DNA of 63,470 bases, counting the filler, from Olpidium bornovanus S191 (Eukaryota; Fungi; Olpidiomycota): assembly GCA_017911155.1 (NCBI GenBank). It is 30 parts of 30 records of this genome, joined end to end, with 100 filler letters (N's around TTAATTAATTAA, not from the genome) between each part and the next. Parts side by side here need not be neighbours in the genome. Positions count along the whole stretch, not along the records: positions 59,145 to 60,443 come from JAEFCI010004341.1; positions 60,544 to 61,969 come from JAEFCI010007631.1; positions 62,070 to 63,470 come from JAEFCI010013189.1; 27 more parts are not named here. One strand, written 5' to 3'. The translations under genes were made by a program, and so were the position numbers. The notes below the pieces were generated by a model. That model worked only from the letters and a program-made list of their open reading frames with translations, had not been told where the DNA came from and did no database searches. Of this stretch, positions 59,280 through 63,470 are shown piece after piece; the first letter of the stretch is position 1; each line of letters starts with the position of its first letter.

Positions 59280-60443
59280 ATGCCAACGCGGGCATCCTCA
59301 CCAACGGAAAGTCGGAGCGGGCGCCTGCGCGCGACGGACGACGAGCGGGCCCACGGCGCCGCCATCGCGGAGCGAGATCGCAGCGCAGCGCACTGCTCCT
59401 CGGCGGCACTTGACGCGGGCCCGCCGTGCCGCCCTCTTTGGGACCTGACTCCGCCTGGCGGCGCGTCATCGAGGGTCGTCCCGCCGACTCCTTCCACGGT
59501 TCGCACCGCATTCGCAAGCGAGCTGATACCGCCGCCGCCGCCCCTGTCGTCGTTGAGGTCGCGGGACGCGCTCTCTCCGCGGCCGGCAACGCGGAGCGCG
59601 ACGCCGTCTTCCTCCCGTTCGCGGACGCCGCGGCCTAGTACAGGCGGCGGGCGGCGGTCCGGCTCCCGGCTGCGGACGGCAAACGCCGGGGGGGGCAGCG
59701 GCGATGGCGGGGTTGTCGTCGCCGTGGTTGAAGGAAGAGGCGTCACCGGCTGGGTCGGGTTGGCCGCATTGAACCTTACGACGAGCGAATGCATCGTCTC
59801 GCAGGTGAGGGGAAAACCCGGGGGGCTTCACGTCCCGTTCTCACGAGTGAACGTTATCCAGCCCGGCCGAGGGAAAACGACGCCGAATTTTTTGACAGAT
59901 TTCGGGGAACCGCCTCGGGCATCGCGGGATAGTTCGCAGACACGCAGACGTACGTGAAAACCCTTCACAAGCTGAGCATCTACGCCCCGGCGGAAATCGT
60001 TGTTTCGTCTACGATCGTTGATCCGGTCAAGTCCAAGTTATACGAGTTGTTGGAGGAGGCGCTTCCGGACGGCGTGGTCGTCCCGGTTGCTCGAAAATAT
60101 TTCAGCGACAATGCCGGTTAGTGTTCAAGCAAGACTCGAGTGCTTGACGCCGCGTACAGTATTTTCCCATTGTCGCTGACAATCATGTCGACGTAGGCCT
60201 TGGCTACTTGAAGCAGTACAGCCTCGAATCCGAGTTAGCAGGCCTTATGGTCGGCATCACGTCAAAGTAGGTTTTTGTTTAACCTGTGCCTCCATCGACT
60301 TCGCAGCGGGCTACCGAGTGGGGTTAACGCATGTTCGGCAGGCACTACTGCCTAGCAGCTGCTGCTGCCGTGCTCAAATATGTGGAGTGCTCCCAGGACG
60401 TTTTGTTCTGTGCGAACTCCATCCGTTTTAGATATCAAGCATG
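59280..60443 (+). CDS. MSH4: MutS homolog 4, 5' part (exons 59280-59804, 59933-60116, 60197-60266, 60342-end)
   Basis: AVVEGRG...VGLAALNL...SQ|FADTQTYVKTL...P.EI...SKL...RKYF...G|LGYLKQY...SK|HYCLAAAAAVLKYVE. All introns are GT-AG and in frame. Confidence 0.9.
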
Positions 60444-61239
60444 NNNNNNNNNNNNNNNNNNNNNNNNNNNNNNNNNNNNNNNNNNNNTTAATTAATTAAN
60501 NNNNNNNNNNNNNNNNNNNNNNNNNNNNNNNNNNNNNNNNNNNCATGTTACATTCGTTATTAACGTTTTCCTCGGTACGAACAAATCCCGACCCCCCGGT
60601 CTTTTTTTCCGTCGAATGCGGGCTTCTAACCCTAAGGGCGCATTTTTTTGAGCGTGAAACCCCCCTTGCCGCACGCGTTACCCGCGTGCACCTATTCGCC
60701 CGCTCGGTCTGCCCGACCACATTGTTCTTTTGGGATAGTTTGAAAACCAAGATGGGTTGGGGTGGGTGGGGGAAAGTTTGAGGTGTCAGAAATGTCGCAA
60801 CTTGTAGAACCCGAAGAGTACACGGCGGGGCGAGACGAGGAGCAGAGTTTGGATGAGGAATTTGCTGCAGGGCCCCGTAACGAGGCCATATATCCACGCT
60901 GTTCATACACAGCTTGTTTTGGGCGGAGGGGGGGGGGGGGGGGAATAGCGAGAGCATCAGGGAATAAAGGGTGTGTGTGGGGGACGTCGCTCCTGCAGCG
61001 CGATGTGTTTGACGCGGCCTGAGCTTCGGGGGCCGTTGTTCGTTAGCGTCAAACGCATTATGCGTGAATGTACGATTTAGGCACTTACATCAATTGTGCT
61101 ACCTCTAAAAATTCATTTTTCAGCACGAGAAATATCCTGCGGGACGCGCCGAAAAGGCTGCACACAAACAAAACAAAAAAAAAAAAGAAAACCCTTAAAC
61201 GGCGTCGTTCCCCCGCAAGGGACGGAAAAAGAACCGGTG

Positions 61240-61908
61240 ATGAACGCGCTGCCCCGCCTCCTCCTGCTCGTCTCGCGCCCGGGGGCCGGCCGCCTTGTCC
61301 CGAAGGGTCCCGCGTCGGTCCTGCGCTCCCTGCTCCCGCGAAACGACGCGCGCAGCCCGCGCCACCTCTTCTCCTCGGGCCGCGGCCCGGCGCTGAAGGA
61401 GGCGGCGGCGGCGGCGACACCTGTCGACGGGGGACCCCCGGAGTGTTACGTCGTCGAGCTTGTCGGCGACGACAAAGGTCTGGTCTCCCGCGAAAACCTC
61501 TTCCGGCGCCGGGCTTTTTGTTGGAGAAGAAAAGAGAGAAAATCTCGAGTTCTTTTTTCGTTTTTTATTTTTTAAAAAAAAAAGGACCAAAAAAGAAGGA
61601 AAAAAAGAAAAAAGGAAGAAGCCGCTCACCAGTCGTCATCTTACAATCTCCCAGGTATCGTGGTTCTGACGCTGAACAGGCCCGCGGCGCGGAACGCCCT
61701 TTCCCGCAGGATGGTGGCCGAATTCTATCGCAGCCTCGAGGCCATCAAGCGCAGCCAGTTGAGGGGGGGATGGGCGCTTTGGCTTTGGCCGGGTCTGATG
61801 CTCTTTTTTTTTTGAGTGAGGCTGACCCGAAATCGTTCCAGGGACGCTCGCGTCGTGATCGTCAAGAGCGAAGTCGACAACGTGTTCTGCGCCGGGGCTG
61901 ACCTGAAG
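61240..61908 (+). CDS. AUH: Mitochondrial enoyl-CoA hydratase family, methylglutaconyl-CoA hydratase-like, 5' part
   Basis: Presequence-like N-terminus; DKG|IVVLTLNRPAARNALS; DARVVIVKSEVDNVFCAGADLK. Confidence 0.85.
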
Positions 61909-62069
61909 GTGCCGTGTTTTTCTCAGACGCAAAAAGCGTCGAATTTTTGCCGGCCCCGGCCCCGGCCCCNNNNNNNNNNNNNNNNNNNNNNNNNNNNNNN
62001 NNNNNNNNNNNNNTTAATTAATTAANNNNNNNNNNNNNNNNNNNNNNNNNNNNNNNNNNNNNNNNNNNN

Positions 62070-63330
62070 CCCCCCCCCCCCCCCCCCCTCCCCCCCGGCA
62101 ACGAAAACCCCCGTCAGACGCCTGCTCGAAAAAAAAAATCTTCCGGCGCGCACGTAGGGGGTCGTCGCCGTCGTGATGGCGCCCGCGCTTCCCTGGCCTC
62201 CTGCGGGCCGAGCGCCAATCTTCGTCCTCGTCGCTGTCGCTTTCCAGGCCGAACCCGAGCGCGTCGCCCAGGCCCCGCCGCTTCCGCAGCAGGCCGCCGC
62301 CTCCGTCGAGGTCTTTTATCAGCTGCTCCACCGCTCGCTGGTCCTGCTCAGCGATCTGCTTCCTTCAGGTGGGGGCAAAAGCAAGCGTACGTCACCGCCT
62401 CAGTCGCCGAGGCTCGAAAAATTTCCGAGTCGGTACATGAAAGAGAAGACGCCGCGCGACTCCGCACCTGTGCAAATTCCGAACTTTATCGGCCTTCAGC
62501 TCGCTCGCGCTGATTTTACGCTTCTCGATCATGTCCGTCAGGTCTTCGCCGTCATCGTCGCTGGCGTCGCCGTCTCGGCCGCCGAAGCCCATGAAGTCGT
62601 CTTCTTCCTCCTCCGCCTCCTCGTCGACAAACTCGTTGCGCCGCCTTCGCCGAGCGCTGTCGTGGACTGTATCGGATACGTCATCGTCGCCCGGACACTC
62701 GTCATCCTCTTCTCCTTCGGGCGCCTCCTCTCCGCCGCTGTCCGTCCCGTCGAAGTCGCCGTCGTCTTCAGCATCCGACCTAACGTCCGCCGTTCGGTCG
62801 GCGGCGTGCTCGGCGTCATATCCGCGGCGCGGACTGTTCCGGTTTTGGAACACGGACCCGGGAGACTCGCTCTTATCGGCGGCCGCTGATTTGTTGCTCT
62901 TTACTGCCGTTCCCTCTCTGCCTGATTTCGTCGCCGCAGCACCCTCTGCCGGCAAGCCTGCGCCGCCTTGCGCTTCTCGCCTCACCAACAACCTGGTGAA
63001 CGCGTGTTTGATTAACCGGCGCACGCTAGAGCGCCGGCCGTTCGCGATTACTTGGGCTTACCCTTGCGAATCCAGGTACTGGGACGTTTCTGTCCAGGTG
63101 CTTTGCTGAGGTTGGCTATCCTCGACGATAATTTCGTTCGCCAACAGTTCGCACGCGCTTGATGCACCGCCGGCGGCCGGCGCTACAGCCGGCGAGTCAG
63201 GAGAGTTCGCAAAGTTGTTGCCGTCGGGGAGCGGACTGACCTGAGGAGCGCCAAACGGCCCGGCGCGGCGAAGCCTGTCCCAGGCTTGTGAATCCTGCGG
63301 CCGGCGAAAGTGCAGTAGTCAGTACGGACG
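62070..63330 (-). CDS. MRC1: Mrc1/Claspin-like replication checkpoint mediator, internal fragment
   Basis: EFVDEEAEEEEDDFMGFGG...DMIE..., DQRAVEQLIKDLDGGGGLLRKRRG...LESDSDED (MRC1-like domain). GTAAGC...CTCTAG intron before 63025. Confidence 0.75.
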
Positions 63331-63373
63331 CGGACAACGTTCCCGGCTGCCGCGTGCCGCGCAAACGCGTTCG

Positions 63374-63405
<32 letters not shown>

Positions 63406-63470
63406 CGGGGGGGGGGCGGGGGGGGTGGGGGGGGGGGGGGGAAGGGCGGGGGGGGGGGGGGGGGGCGGGG

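Noticed and set aside
59899-59939. 7-bp microexon with a non-canonical GG donor in MSH4
   Set aside because: A canonical TAG acceptor at 59931-32 gives SQ|FADTQTY directly.
62173-62889. Hydrophobic plus-strand ORF (similar shadows at 29324-30536 and 44994-45290)
   Set aside because: These are antisense shadows of MRC1, MDN1 and the Sds3-like gene.

Overview
The window is not contiguous DNA. It is 30 short contigs (about 1-5.8 kb each) joined by 29 identical 100-bp artificial spacers (N44-TTAATTAATTAA-N44), so no linkage can be inferred across spacers. The DNA is GC-rich, intron-containing and fungal, as shown by PMT4, fungal-type AGX1 and Mrc1-, Cti6- and Sds3-like genes. The GT10 gene, high GC and frequent long C/G runs suggest an early-diverging fungus such as Olpidium, but that is inference only. 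Recognisable, mostly partial genes: TIP20/RINT1, ALG12, a C-terminal J-domain protein, a PHD-finger protein, a mitochondrial carrier, a p24 cargo receptor, tRNA-Leu(AAG), a bZIP factor, midasin, UBA4/MOCS3, PMT4, a Myb protein, an Sds3-family protein, a GT10 fucosyltransferase, AGX1, an LEA_2-like protein, MSH4, an AUH-like hydratase and MRC1. Transposon remains are abundant: Ty1/copia (4 fragments), Ty3/gypsy including a chromovirus, a CCHC gag, a CENP-B/pogo HTH, and a Helitron Rep interrupted by a solo LTR. Most notable observations: (1) 17 of 58 contig ends are exactly CATG, and a Sphingomonadaceae-like coaE fragment is bounded by CATG on both sides, pointing to NlaIII-type digestion/ligation chimeras rather than HGT; (2) an F-box protein with a possible NuiA-like (nuclease-inhibitor) C-terminal domain; (3) a 706-bp solo LTR whose removal restores the Helitron reading frame and a CxxC motif; (4) TE decay dominated by CpG transitions plus three TGG>TAG stops; (5) an array of about 75-bp hairpin-bearing motifs with purine-rich spacers; (6) an orphan protein with 28-aa tandem repeats. 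I found no CRISPR array and cannot demonstrate a complete novel multi-gene system.
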